Below the pieces are notes generated by a model. It was not told the origin of the DNA. It saw only the letters and a list, made by a program, of their open reading frames with translations, and did not search any database. A program made the translations under genes and the position numbers. Shown one piece after another: positions 1 through 10,727 of a DNA stretch of 64,000 bases. The stretch comes from Candidatus Marinacidobacterales bacterium (GTDB taxonomy: Bacteria > Acidobacteriota > Vicinamibacteria > Marinacidobacterales > DATDRI01): contig CBDCNP010000002.1 in the NCBI GenBank assembly GCA_965219415.1, forward strand, positions 2,560,001 through 2,624,000, in the 5' to 3' direction. Numbering within the stretch: the first letter of the stretch is position 1; each line of letters opens with the position of its first letter.

Positions 1-956
1 CGTTCGGACAACTTCTCTCTGAGCCCCGCGAACGGCTCCATATCGCTCGGAAGATGAAAAGGGGCCCAGCCGCGGTTTCTGGCGATCGGTATGATCCGTC
101 CTCCCGACGCGTAGTGGTAGGGATACATGTCGGCGAAGATGTCGACTCCTCTTGCCCGGGCATCGTTGATGACGTCGACGACCTCTTTCATCATGCCCCA
201 AGCGTTCTTGCGACACGCCTTGAGATGAGACGTAAGAACTCGCACATCGGCTTCCTCGGCGATGCGAATAGTCTCCCGGGTAGCCTCGGGGACACGATCG
301 AACTCGTTGCGCTGGTGGCTGGCGTAGACTCCCCCGAACTCGCCCACGACTTTCGTCGTTTCGATGACCTCTTCGGTCGTCGAATAGCGGTCGGGGATAT
401 ACTCCAAACCGGTGCTCATGCCCCAGGCGCCTTCTTTCATCGCCTGACGCAGAATGGACCGCATTTCCTCGATCTCTTCGGGTTTCGCCTCGCGCGGTTC
501 GACTCCCATGACGGCGCGACGGAGGTCACCGAATCCAACCATGTGGACGGCGTTCGTTCCGATACCTCGTCCCTCCCAGTCGGCCTTGGTCTTCGCAATC
601 TCGAACGTGCCATCTCCACAATTGCCGGTCAGCACCGTGGTCACGCCTTGATTCAAATAATTGAGGTTTGCGTTCGAGCCGGGCTTCCCGAGGCCACCAT
701 CGCAATGAGTATGGGTATCGATGAACCCGGGAGAGACGACCAAACCCTCGGCATCGATGGTCTTGGCGGCGGTTTTCCCGGCCAGATCCCCTATCTCGAC
801 GATGGTGTCTCCCATGATGCCGACATCGGCTCGAAACCCGGGACCTCCGGAACCATCCACTATCTGGCCGTTACTAATGAGGATGTCAAAATCTTCACCC
901 GCGCTGGAACAACCGAAAAACGAGACCAAAATGAGAATTAGGCTGCGTTCAGGCAT
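1..956 (-). CDS. N-acyl-D-amino-acid deacylase (D-aminoacylase) family amidohydrolase, runs off the window
   Basis: Not in the ORF track because it has no stop in the window. Reverse strand from ATG at 956 reads MPERSLILILVSFFGCSSAGEDFDILISNGQIVDGSGGPGFRADVGIMGD...VSPGFIDTHTHCD, with a purine-rich RBS upstream. The + strand ORF 54..941 is its antisense shadow. Confidence 0.85.
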   Translation of the reverse strand, partial: MPERSLILILVSFFGCSSAGEDFDILISNGQIVDGSGGPGFRADVGIMGDTIVEIGDLAGKTAAKTIDAEGLVVSPGFIDTHTHCDGGLGKPGSNANLNYLNQGVTTVLTGNCGDGTFEIAKTKADWEGRGIGTNAVHMVGFGDLRRAVMGVEPREAKPEEIEEMRSILRQAMKEGAWGMSTGLEYIPDRYSTTEEVIETTKVVGEFGGVYASHQRNEFDRVPEATRETIRIAEEADVRVLTSHLKACRKNAWGMMKEVVDVINDARARGVDIFADMYPYHYASGGRIIPIARNRGWAPFHLPSDMEPFAGLREKLSE

Positions 957-1072
957 GGCCTTCCCCCTTTGTGCCCGGAACTGTACCAACGGAAAGGTGA
1001 GCCGGCAAGGACAAGGCATCCCGCCCCGCACGCGGGACGATTCCCTCCGGAGTGTGTTACGCTCTCCGCGAA

Positions 1073-1928
1073 ATGCCAGTCCACAACGGCACCGGTGTGC
1101 TCCGGAAGGTGTTGCTTTGTCCATCCCACTTATTACGAGCTTGTTCCGGTTGACGACTACGCGCGAACCGCGATCGAGCGCGGCGACAAGGTCGACCACG
1201 AAAAGGCCGAAGCACAGCATAACGAGTTCGTCGATATCTACCGAGATGCCGGGGTTGAGGTTTTTTGGACCGAGGAGCCGGACCCCACCCGCCACTATGC
1301 GGTCAACGCGCGCGATTTCGCCGTCAACTCGCCTGAAGGGTTCGTCATATGTCGGTTCAAGTACTCCGAGCGTCGAGGAGAAGAGATCCCCGGCGAGAAA
1401 CAACTGAGGAAACTGGGTTACAACATCTACGGACACATCGAGCGCAGGTGCTGGGAAGGCGGAGACAACAAGTACATCGACGACAAGAACCTCGCCACCG
1501 GAACGGGAGAGCGAAGCACCTGACCTGGCATTCAAAACGCGCAAGACATATACGCGAAACAAGGCATCAAAGTGCATGGCATTCCCTTCCCACCGAAATG
1601 GACCCATCTCAATTGTCTCTTCGCTCCCATCGCGCCGAAGCTGGCCTTGATCGTGAAGTCCGAGGTTCCGGACTGGTTCGTGGGATTCCTCGAGGGTCGA
1701 GAGTACGAGCTGATCGACATCCCGGTCGACAAGGCCGAAGGAGAGGTGGCGCTCAACGTACTCTGCTTAGGGAAAGATCGCGTTATCTCCTACAAGGACA
1801 ACTCCTACATCAATGACATCCTTAAGAGCCACGGGCTGACAGTTTATGCGCCGGATCTGAGCGAATACACCGAGCGCGGCCAGAGACCGCATTGTCTAAC
1901 CTGCGAGCTAGATCGAGACCGAGAATAG
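1073..1928 (+). pseudogene. Amidinotransferase / dimethylarginine dimethylaminohydrolase-family gene, disrupted
   Basis: MPVHNGTGVLRKVLLCP from ATG 1073, then a +1 frameshift at ~1124 into PTYYELVP...NARDFA...RRGE...WEGGD. An in-frame TGA at 1521-1523 follows, then HLNC...NVLCLG...PHCLTCEL. Confidence 0.75.
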
Positions 1929-1930
1929 AA

Positions 1931-3343
1931 ATGATTCTCCCAACGCTTCTCCTCTTGGCTTCCACAGCGTCTCCACCTGCAATCGACGAACAGAGCAAAA
2001 AGGTAGACGCCCTCTTCACGGATTGGGACACCACCGAGACTCCGGGTGCCGTCGTTGCCGTCATCAAAGGTGGAAAGATCATTTACCAGAACGCCTACGG
2101 AATGGCGGATCTCGAACGCGACGTTCCGTTGTCCCCGAAGTCCCTTTTCGACATCGCTTCGATTTCCAAACAGTTCACGGCGCTGAGCATTCTTTTGCTC
2201 GAGGAACAAGGCAAGCTTTCTCTCGACGACGACATCCGGACTTACCTCCCAGATTTTCCAGACTACGGACACGCCATCACCATCCGCCACATGATCCATC
2301 ACACCAGCGGCCTTCGTGACTATATGGACCTCATGGGGCTGGCGGGGATGCCCTGGGAGAACACTTATCACCCGCTGGAGATCGTCGACCTCGTCGCCCG
2401 ACAAAAGGCGCTCAATTTCAAGCCGGGAGACGAGTATCTCTACAGTAACTCCGGCTATCTGTTGCTGGCGGAGATCGTACACAAAGTCTCTGGACAGACT
2501 CTGGGCGAGTTTAGCGAGCAGCATATCTTCAAGCCGCTCGACATGAACGTCAGTCATTTCTACGAGGATTTCACCCGTATCGTCAAGGATCGAGCCCTCA
2601 GCTACTCACAAAAAGAATCGGGTGGCTACAAGAACTACCAGTACATTTTCGATGTGGTCGGAGACACGGGCCTTTTGATCAACGTCGGGGATCTGCTCCT
2701 TTGGGATCAAAATTTCTACCACAACCAGTTGGGCAAGGGAGGACCGAAGCTGATCGAACAAATGCTGACTCCTGGCGAGCTCAATAGCGGTGAGAAAATC
2801 GACTACGCCTTTGGACTCAGAATCGACACGTACCGAGGCTTGAGGGTGGTCAGTCACGGTGGTGGCGCTGCGGGTTATAGCACGCAGATGATGCGCTTCC
2901 CCGAACAGAAGTTCACTGTGCTCGTCCTCTCTAACCTTGGCGAGTTTTCCCCGGCGGAGCTCGCTGGGCAAGTGGCCGACCTTCACTTGTCCGATGAATT
3001 CACCGCCCCGAAACCAGAGGACGGACCAAGAGAGCGCCCCGACCCACCGGCGCCGGTTGAATTGAAGCTTAGCGCCGATGAGCTAGATGAGTATGCGGGT
3101 CACTATTACAGTGCCGAGCTCGAGACCACTTATATCGTTCGTGTCAATCCTTCCGGGGAAGGGAATTTAACATACCATATCGAGTTTTCACCGGTGGACG
3201 TTCAGCTCGTTCCGACCGGACCCGATGAGTGGTACGCCAGTCGCACACAACTCAGTTTCCTACGCGACCGTAATGACAGGGTCACCGGCCTCAATGTGAG
3301 ATCCCGCCGGATCAGAAACATTTATCTTGAGAAGGCCCGTTAG
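1931..3343 (+). CDS. Serine hydrolase, beta-lactamase class C/AmpC-like family, secreted, with C-terminal extension
   Basis: Signal peptide; SISK (SxxK), YSN and HGG motifs. Confidence 0.9.
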   Translation: MILPTLLLLASTASPPAIDEQSKKVDALFTDWDTTETPGAVVAVIKGGKIIYQNAYGMADLERDVPLSPKSLFDIASISKQFTALSILLLEEQGKLSLDDDIRTYLPDFPDYGHAITIRHMIHHTSGLRDYMDLMGLAGMPWENTYHPLEIVDLVARQKALNFKPGDEYLYSNSGYLLLAEIVHKVSGQTLGEFSEQHIFKPLDMNVSHFYEDFTRIVKDRALSYSQKESGGYKNYQYIFDVVGDTGLLINVGDLLLWDQNFYHNQLGKGGPKLIEQMLTPGELNSGEKIDYAFGLRIDTYRGLRVVSHGGGAAGYSTQMMRFPEQKFTVLVLSNLGEFSPAELAGQVADLHLSDEFTAPKPEDGPRERPDPPAPVELKLSADELDEYAGHYYSAELETTYIVRVNPSGEGNLTYHIEFSPVDVQLVPTGPDEWYASRTQLSFLRDRNDRVTGLNVRSRRIRNIYLEKAR

Positions 3344-3362
3344 TGAACAGGTAGGACATGCC

Positions 3363-5036
3363 ATGAAGATCACTCTCTTTCGATGCATAGCATTCACCGC
3401 CGTCATCTCCTTGGTCATCATCGCGACCACGCCAGCAGGCGATCGGCCCGCGCCGGGGGCCAAGATCGGGCGCTCGCCCGTCCTGGCCACCCAAGGAATC
3501 GTCGCGACAAGCCAGCCTCTCGCCGCCGCCGCCGGTCTCCGGTTGCTCCAGGAGGGCGGAAACGCCATCGATGCTGCCGTTGCGACGGCTGCGGTGCTCA
3601 ACGTGGTGGAGCCCATGATGTGCGGCATCGGCGGTGACCTTTTCGCGCTCGTCTATCATGCGGAATCCGAAAAGCTCTACGGCTTGAACGCGACCGGCCG
3701 CGCCGGCTCTCGCTCCTCGGCGGCGAAGCTTCGCGAGCAAGGCCTGACCCACATGCCGGGCTCCGGCATTATCTCCGTGACCGTGCCCGGTGCTCTCGAC
3801 GGTTGGGAGCAATTGCGTTCGCGCTTCGGGACGCGCCCCCTGGCAGAGCTTCTCGAGCCTGCTATCCGTTATGCCGAGGAAGGGTTCCCGGTCTCCCAAA
3901 TCATCGCCACCGGCTGGCAATTCTCAGAAGAGAAGCTCCTGCGCCAACCCGATGCCGCCGACACCTACCTCATCGAAGGGCGGGCACCTCGCCACGGCGA
4001 GATCTTCCGATCTCCGGATCTGGCCAAGACGTTTCGCAAGATCGCCGCAGAGGGGCCGGATGTTTTCTATCGAGGTGAGATTGCTCGTGCGATCGCGGAC
4101 TTCGTCCTATCGGAAGGCGGCTCGGTCACCTACGAAGATCTGGCCAATCATCGGTCCGACTGGGTCGACCCCATCTCGACGAGCTATCACGACTTCACCG
4201 TCTATCAGATGCCGCCCAACTCGCAGGGTTTCGTGGCACTCGAAATGTTGAACATTCTCGAGGGCTACGATCTGGAGAACCTCGGGCACAACTCCTCCGA
4301 ATATCTTCATCTGCTGATCGAAGCGAAGAAGCTCGCCTTCGCGGATCGGGACGCCTATCTGGCAGACCCGGAGAAATCACCGGTCCCGGTCGAGAAGCTG
4401 CTCTCGAAGGAGTACGCGAAGACTCGCCGGGCGCTCATCGATCGCGATCGTATCGCGAGTGAAGTGGCCCCGGGCCTCGACGATCAAACGGAGACCGTTT
4501 ACCTGACGGTCGTCGACAAGGATAGGAACGCCGTCTCTTTAATCTATAGCGTCTTCTCGAATTTTGGATCCGGCCGCGTCGTCCCCGGCACCGGGATCGC
4601 CCTTCAGAACCGAGGCACGGGTTTCTCGCTCGTGCCCGGTCATCCCAACGAGCTCGCCCCCGGCAAGCGCGCCCTCCACACCAACATGCCCGGCATGGTC
4701 TTCAAAGAGGGTCGGCCCTGGATGAGTTACGGCGTGATGGGCGGCAACATGCAGCCACAGGGTCACACCCAGGTGCTCCTCAACATGTTCGAGTTCGGGA
4801 TGAACGTGCAGGAGGCGGGTGAGGCGCCCCGTTTCCGACACCTCACCGGCCGAAACGTCGCGCTCGAATCGGGTGTCGACATCGAAGTTCTACAGGAGCT
4901 CATCAAAAAGGGTCACCAGCCCATGACGCGCATGGGAGTCTATGGCGGATACCAGGCCATCCGGATCGATTGGGAAACCGGCGTCCTCATAGGAGGCTCC
5001 GACCCCCGTAAGGACGGGGCCGCCGTGGGCTATTGA
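3363..5036 (+). CDS. ggt: Gamma-glutamyltransferase
   Basis: GGNAIDAAVA, CGIGGD, TVPG, nucleophile region ETVYLTVVD, GGNMQPQG and DPRKDG motifs. Confidence 0.93.
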   Translation: MKITLFRCIAFTAVISLVIIATTPAGDRPAPGAKIGRSPVLATQGIVATSQPLAAAAGLRLLQEGGNAIDAAVATAAVLNVVEPMMCGIGGDLFALVYHAESEKLYGLNATGRAGSRSSAAKLREQGLTHMPGSGIISVTVPGALDGWEQLRSRFGTRPLAELLEPAIRYAEEGFPVSQIIATGWQFSEEKLLRQPDAADTYLIEGRAPRHGEIFRSPDLAKTFRKIAAEGPDVFYRGEIARAIADFVLSEGGSVTYEDLANHRSDWVDPISTSYHDFTVYQMPPNSQGFVALEMLNILEGYDLENLGHNSSEYLHLLIEAKKLAFADRDAYLADPEKSPVPVEKLLSKEYAKTRRALIDRDRIASEVAPGLDDQTETVYLTVVDKDRNAVSLIYSVFSNFGSGRVVPGTGIALQNRGTGFSLVPGHPNELAPGKRALHTNMPGMVFKEGRPWMSYGVMGGNMQPQGHTQVLLNMFEFGMNVQEAGEAPRFRHLTGRNVALESGVDIEVLQELIKKGHQPMTRMGVYGGYQAIRIDWETGVLIGGSDPRKDGAAVGY

Positions 5037-5088
5037 TCTGAACCTCTGATCGCTCGCCCATAGAATTACCGCATCGAAAAGGCGACCA

Positions 5089-8000
5089 ATGATCGGCCGA
5101 ACCCTTTCTCACTACAAGATCCTCGACGAAATCAGCCGCGGTGGTATGGGAATCGTCTACCGCGCCCGGGACATCAAGCTGAACCGCGACGTCGCCATCA
5201 AAGTCTTGCCCCCGGACCTGGTGGCCGATCCGGAACGTAAGCGCCGCTTCGTTCAAGAAGCTCAGGCCGCAGCCGCCCTCCACCACCCCCACATCGCGGT
5301 CATTCACGAGATCGACGAAGTCGATGGCGTAACGTTCATCGCCATGGAGCTCATCGAGGGCAAGAAGCTCCAGGACCTTCTCCGCCAGGATAGACTCCCG
5401 CTCGCCCGTTCTCTCGATGTCGCCACCGAAGTTGCCGAGGGTCTCTCTCGCACCCACGCCAAAGGAATCGTGCATCGCGACCTGAAGCCCGCGAACATCA
5501 TGGTCACTGAAGACGGCCACGCCAAGGTCATCGATTTCGGGCTTGCCAAGCTGGTCGAGCCGGTCGGAAGCGGTGACAGTGACGCAGAAACCGGACTTCG
5601 CGGGGAAACTGATCCCGGCAAAGTGATGGGCACCGTCTCTTACATGTCCCCCGAGCAGGCACGGGGTGTCGAAGTAGACCATCGCACGGACGTGTTCGCA
5701 TTGGGAGTGGTCCTCTACGAGATGCTAAGCGGCCAGCTTCCCTTCCGAGGAGCAACCGCAGCCGACACCCAGAGCGCGATTCTCACCAAGCCAGCGCCTC
5801 CAGTCCCTCTTCAGGGAGAGGGCGTTTCAAGCGAGGCGTCCTCCGAACTGCAGCGGATCGTCGACAAATGCCTGGCCAAGGACGCTGCCGAGAGGTATCA
5901 GGGGATCAAAGACCTGATCGTGGATTTGCGCGCGGCGCGCCGCCGTCTTGAAACAGGATCTGTTCCGGTGGTGGTCGCGCCGGCAACGACGCGCCCCACG
6001 AAACGAACCCCTCTCGTACTGGCTGGGCTGGGTCTATTGGCTCTAGTCGCTGCTTCTCCATTCATCTTTCGAGGCTCCCCGCCAGAAGACACACCCGCCG
6101 ACGAACGAAAAAGAATCGTCGTCCTGCCTTTCGAGAATCTAGGCCCGCCCGAGGATGCATATTTTGCCGCCGGTATGACGGAAGAAATCACCAGCCGCCT
6201 CGCGGTGGTGAGCGGACTGGGCGTCATCTCACGAAGCAGTGCCGTCCAGTATGAGAAGTCTGGCAAGAGCGCCAAGCAGATAGGAGAAGAGCTGGGGGTT
6301 GACTACATCCTGGAAGGAACCGTGCGCTGGCAGAAGGGCGAGAAGGGCTCGAGCAGGGTGCGGGTGACTCCCCAGCTCATCCGAGTCTCCGACGACACTC
6401 ACGTGTGGGCGGAGCGCTACGATCAGGTAGTGGAAGATTTCTTTCAGGTCCAATCTGACATTGCTGAAAGCGTCATCGAGGAGCTGGACGTCGCCTTGCT
6501 AGGCCGAGAGAGCGAGGCTATCCAAGCTCACCCCACCGACAACCCGGAGGCCCACCAGGCCTACCTCCGCGGCGTCGAGCATGTTGAAGCCCCGGACTCC
6601 TGGTTAGAGTCGAGGGGTCGTCTGGCCATTGAGATGTTCGAGAGAGCGGTGGAGCTCGACCCCGGTTTTGCTCTGGCCTACTCGAGGCTATCGATGGCTC
6701 ATTCGAGCTTCTTCTTTCTATGGCACGATTACACGGAGGAGCGCTTAGCTAAGGCCATGGAAGCCGTGAACCAAGCGCTTTCGCTTCAGTCCGACTTGCC
6801 GGCGGCTCACTTGGCGCTCGGGTATTACTTCTACCATGGCAAACGAGAGTACGACCGAGCTCTAGCGGAGCTTGCCATCGCCGAGAAGGGGCTTCCCAAC
6901 AGCAGCCTCGTCTTCGAAGCGAGGGGCTATATCCGGCGCCGTCAGGGTCACTTTGAAGAATCCCTCGAGCATCTCGAGAAGGCCATTGAGTTGAACCCGC
7001 TCGCCGTCAATCTCCTCGAAGAACAAGCCGGCACTTACACTGCGCTTCGAAGATATGAAGAGGCGGAGCGTTACTACGACCTTGCCATCTCTGCCGCTGC
7101 CGATGCGATAGGCCCGTATCTCCGCAAAGCCCTTATGGAATGGCTCTGGAACGGGAGGGTGAGGGATGGCCCTGCCCGGGTTTTGTGGACACCAACCGAG
7201 GCGCGACAATGCGCCTGGAGGCGTCCATGGGAAAACGACGACGCAGGAAGTTCACGGGGGAGTTCAAGAAGGAAGCGGTCCGGTTGTTCAGGGAAGGCGA
7301 GCGCAGCATCGGCCAGGTCGCTAAGGAACTGGACCTGACGGAATCATCCCTTCGAAACTGGGTGAAACAATACAAAGTTGATCACGGTGAAGGTCCACGC
7401 GAGGCTCTGACGACGGCGGAACGTGATGAGCTGGGTTCGCTACGACGTCGAGTGCGCACGTTGGAGCAAGAGCGAGAAATATTAAAAAAGGCGGCGGCCT
7501 TCTTCGCGAAAGAAAGCGAATGAGATTCAATTTCATTCACGCGGAGCGGGCCAACTACCCGGTGCGGGTGATGTGCCGAGTCCTGAGGGTATCGACCAGC
7601 GGCTACTACGCTCAGATGAAGCGCGCGCCCAGCAAGCGACAGTGTGAGGATGGGAAGCTGAAGCTGCGCATCCAAGCGATCCACGCCCATAGCCGTGGTA
7701 CCTACGGCAGGGAGCGTGTACGTCGCCAGCTTGACGGGGAGAACGTCGAGGTGGGCAAGCAGCGAGTGGCACGGCTGATGCGTGAGATGGGTCTGCAGGG
7801 CCTGCCCAGCAAGCGTTTTCGCCGCACGACCGACAGCAAGCACGATCGTCCTGTCGCACCCAACGTGCTCGGTCGGAACTTCGAAGCCGAACGACCGAAC
7901 CAGTTCTGGGTGACGGACATAACCTTCATCCGGACTTGGGAAGGCTGGCTCTACTTGGCGGTCATCCTCGATCTGTTCTCGCGTCGTGTCGTCGGCTGGG

Positions 8001-9024
8001 CGATGCAGCCCCACCTGCGCGCGGAGCTTGCTCTCGAGGCGCTTCACATAGCCTTGGGGCGCCGCCTGCCGGAAAGTGGCTTGGTGCATCATTCAGACCG
8101 TGGTACTCAATACGCGGCTGCGACCTACCAGGCCGTGCTCGATGAGTACGGCATCGTGTGCTCGATGAGCCGCAAGGGTGATTGCTGGGACAACGCCGTG
8201 ACCGAGAGCTTCTTCGGCACACTCAAGACCGAACTCCTCCACCGACGTAGTTGGCCAACACGACGTATGGCCAAAGACGCGGTCGCGAGCTACATCGAGG
8301 GGTTCTACAATCCATATCGACTCCACTCGTCACTCGATTACAACAGCCCAATGGTGTTCGAACGGATTCATGATCTCAAAACTGCTCATGCGAGATAATC
8401 AACCCGTCCACTTTTCCTGGGCAAGGTCAGGAGGCTCGGGCTGCCCTAGAGACCATGCCGAGTACCGACGACCCATTGGCCGCGCAGTACTGGTTCCGGC
8501 AAGAGGTTATGGAGCGGAACTACGAACAGGCCCTCGAACGGCTTTCTTCCCTAACACTGGAATCCTTTCTGGATCGGCGCTCACTGTGGAAGGCGCAAGT
8601 CTATCAAATGTGGGATAAGCCAGAGCTGGCCCGTGCCGGTTTCGAGGAGGGTCGCATTCTCTTGGAGCGAGAGCTAGAGAGGCAACCGGAGGACCCCTTC
8701 CTCCATACAGCGCTAGGCGTCGCCTACGCCGGCCTCGGTCGCAAAGAGGAAGCGATCCGCGAGGGAAAACGGGCCGTGGAGCTTTATCCTATCTCGGCGG
8801 ACGCTTTTGATGGCCCCGCGCTTATAGAGAACCTCGCTCTCATTTACACGATTGTAGGAGAGCACGACGCCGCCCTAGAGCAGATCGATCATTTACTATC
8901 CATCCCCTCTGGCCTTTCAGTGGGACTCCTCGAGCTCGACCCCTCTTGGGATCCGCTCCGAAAGCACCCACGCTACCAGGAGATCGTAGAGAAGTATTCC
9001 CCTCCAACCTCTGGGACGAATTAA
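5089..9024 (+). pseudogene. Ser/Thr protein kinase with TM, TolB-like adenylate-cyclase-type domain and TPRs, interrupted by an IS3 element
   Basis: GGMG, VAIK, HRDLKPAN, DFGLAK and SPEQ motifs, then VVLPFEN and TPRs. Removing 7167-8429 plus one GGA copy restores the frame ...WNGRVR-EARAALETMPST... Confidence 0.9.
7167..8429 (+). mobile_element. IS3-family insertion sequence, complete (~1263 bp), 3-bp target duplication GGA
   Basis: TG...CA imperfect IRs TGGCCCTGCCCGGGTTTTGTGGAC / TGACCTTGCCCAGGAAAAGTGGAC, with GGA on both flanks. orfA 7228-7523, orfB 7520-8398 (WVTDIT, HHSDRG, ESFF). A6G slippery site at 7484-7490. Confidence 0.95.
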
Positions 9025-9045
9025 AACCCATCGCCAAACTAGAAC

Positions 9046-9903
9046 ATGCCAAAAAAGACTCGCCCAGCCACCGCGAAGCGGATCGTGCGTAGGACCGTAG
9101 AAGTGCCCGGCAAGCTCCTCGATCTCCAGCGCTACCCCGTGGACCGCCTGTCGAGCCCGGAAGGCGAACGGCTTCTAACGGCGTGTCAGAGTGAATTCGG
9201 TATGAACGGGGCGTGTCTGCTACCCGGCTTCGTGACTCCGGCGGGGGTGGAGCTGATGCTCGAGGAGGCGCGCGCTCGCCTGCCGCGAGCCTTCTTCTGC
9301 CACAAGTCTCACAACGCTTACTTGCTCGATGACGATCCGAGTTTCGACGAAGACCACCCCCGGCGACGCCAACTGGAAACGCAGGTCGGGTCGATCGCGT
9401 GCGATGACCTGCCCGCCGAGGGGGTGCTGCGTCGTTTTTATGCCTGGGACCCGCTCACCCGCGTCATCGGTGCAGTACTCGGCCAGGAGTCCTTTTACCG
9501 TATCGCGGACCCACTCGGCGCGGCGTCGGTCAACGTCTTCGAGCACGGTGCCGCGCACGCGTGGCATTTCGACGAGTCGCTCTTCAGCGTCACGTTGATG
9601 CTCCAGACGGCCGAACGGGGAGGAGGATTCGAGTATGTACCGAACGTCCGTACCCCGGACGATGATGCCTACCAAAAAGTTGGGCGCATCCTGGACGGCG
9701 ATCGGAGTGCGGTGGAGCAGGCGCCTTTCGAGCCCGGGACTTTATTCATCTTTGCCGGTCGCAACTCGCTACATCGCGTCACCCGGGTGGAAGGGGATCG
9801 CCCGAGGCTCGTGCCGGTCCTGTGCTACGACACCAAGCCCGGTTCGATAAACAGCGACGAGGTGCGCACGTTGTTTTGGGGGCGAACGGAGGCACGGTCG
9901 TGA
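9046..9903 (+). CDS. 2OG-Fe(II) oxygenase, ArpA/HalD-BesD-like fold, hydroxylase-type HxD triad
   Basis: WHFD motif, GGGFEY, distal HRVT and RLVPVL. Confidence 0.75.
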   Translation: MPKKTRPATAKRIVRRTVEVPGKLLDLQRYPVDRLSSPEGERLLTACQSEFGMNGACLLPGFVTPAGVELMLEEARARLPRAFFCHKSHNAYLLDDDPSFDEDHPRRRQLETQVGSIACDDLPAEGVLRRFYAWDPLTRVIGAVLGQESFYRIADPLGAASVNVFEHGAAHAWHFDESLFSVTLMLQTAERGGGFEYVPNVRTPDDDAYQKVGRILDGDRSAVEQAPFEPGTLFIFAGRNSLHRVTRVEGDRPRLVPVLCYDTKPGSINSDEVRTLFWGRTEARS

Positions 9904-10727
9904 AGGACGGGATCCAGATAGGCGCTGCCGATATCGAGTCCTTCCGCGATGATGGCGCGGTGGCCTTGCGCGGCGTCTTCGACCTTCGTTGGCTCGACAG
10001 TCTAGCAATTGGCGTCGAGAAGAACTTCGCCGATCCCGGCCCCGATGCCTGCCACTATACCCCCGAAGGGGCGTCCGGCGGTTTCTACGACGATTACTGC
10101 AATTGGGAACGCATCGAGGAGTACCGAAATTTCGCGTTGGCGTCGCCCGCCGCAGAGATCGTAGGGCGCCTGATGGGATCGAGACGGGTGCGCTTCTACC
10201 ACGAGCATGTCTTGGTGAAAGAGCCCGGCACTCAAGAGATCACTCCCTGGCACCACGACCTGCCGTATTACGGCTTGGAGGGTACCCAGTTGTGTAGCAT
10301 CTGGTTGCCGCTCGACCCGGTCCCGAAGAGCGCCTGCCCGGAGTTCGTGGCGGGCTCGCACCGTTGGGGGAAGCGCTTCGTTCCGCGAAAATTCGTTAGC
10401 CACCGTAACTACGGAGACGTTCAGGAAGGCTATGAGCAGGTCCCCGACATCGATGCCCAGCGCGCGGACCTGGGAATCCGATCTTGGGAGCTCAAGCCCG
10501 GCGATTGCATTGTGTTCCACATGGCCACCCTGCACGGCGCGCCCGGCACCGCCGCCCTGACCACGCGTCGTCGCGGATTCTCTACCCGCTGGTTGGGGGA
10601 CGACGCCGTCTACGCGACGCGGCCGTGGCCGACCTCGCCTCCGTTTCGCGGCGTCGACGTCAGACCCGGTCGACCCGTCGACGATGCGGCGTTTCCGCTG
10701 GCGTGGACCGCACCGGCCGAGGCGTGA
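9900..10727 (+). CDS. Phytanoyl-CoA dioxygenase (PhyH) family protein
   Basis: GTG start overlaps the upstream TGA. TPWHHD, AGSH, PGDCIVFH..LHGA and RR.FSTR motifs. Confidence 0.88.
   Translation: MKDGIQIGAADIESFRDDGAVALRGVFDLRWLDSLAIGVEKNFADPGPDACHYTPEGASGGFYDDYCNWERIEEYRNFALASPAAEIVGRLMGSRRVRFYHEHVLVKEPGTQEITPWHHDLPYYGLEGTQLCSIWLPLDPVPKSACPEFVAGSHRWGKRFVPRKFVSHRNYGDVQEGYEQVPDIDAQRADLGIRSWELKPGDCIVFHMATLHGAPGTAALTTRRRGFSTRWLGDDAVYATRPWPTSPPFRGVDVRPGRPVDDAAFPLAWTAPAEA

Noticed and set aside
54-941. Long + strand ORF, and similar ORFs such as 17256-18656(-), 13645-14355(+), 26804-27520(+)
   Set aside because: These are antisense shadows of recognisable genes on the opposite strand in GC-rich DNA.
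1521-1523. In-frame TGA in the amidinotransferase as selenocysteine or recoding
   Set aside because: The position is not the catalytic Cys (that is in C-terminal PHC). The gene also has a frameshift, and other genes here use TGA as a normal stop. A TGG>TGA change or a read error is simpler.
9046-9903. Radical halogenase (BesD/HalD)
   Set aside because: The iron-binding motif is HFD, and the carboxylate ligand is retained.
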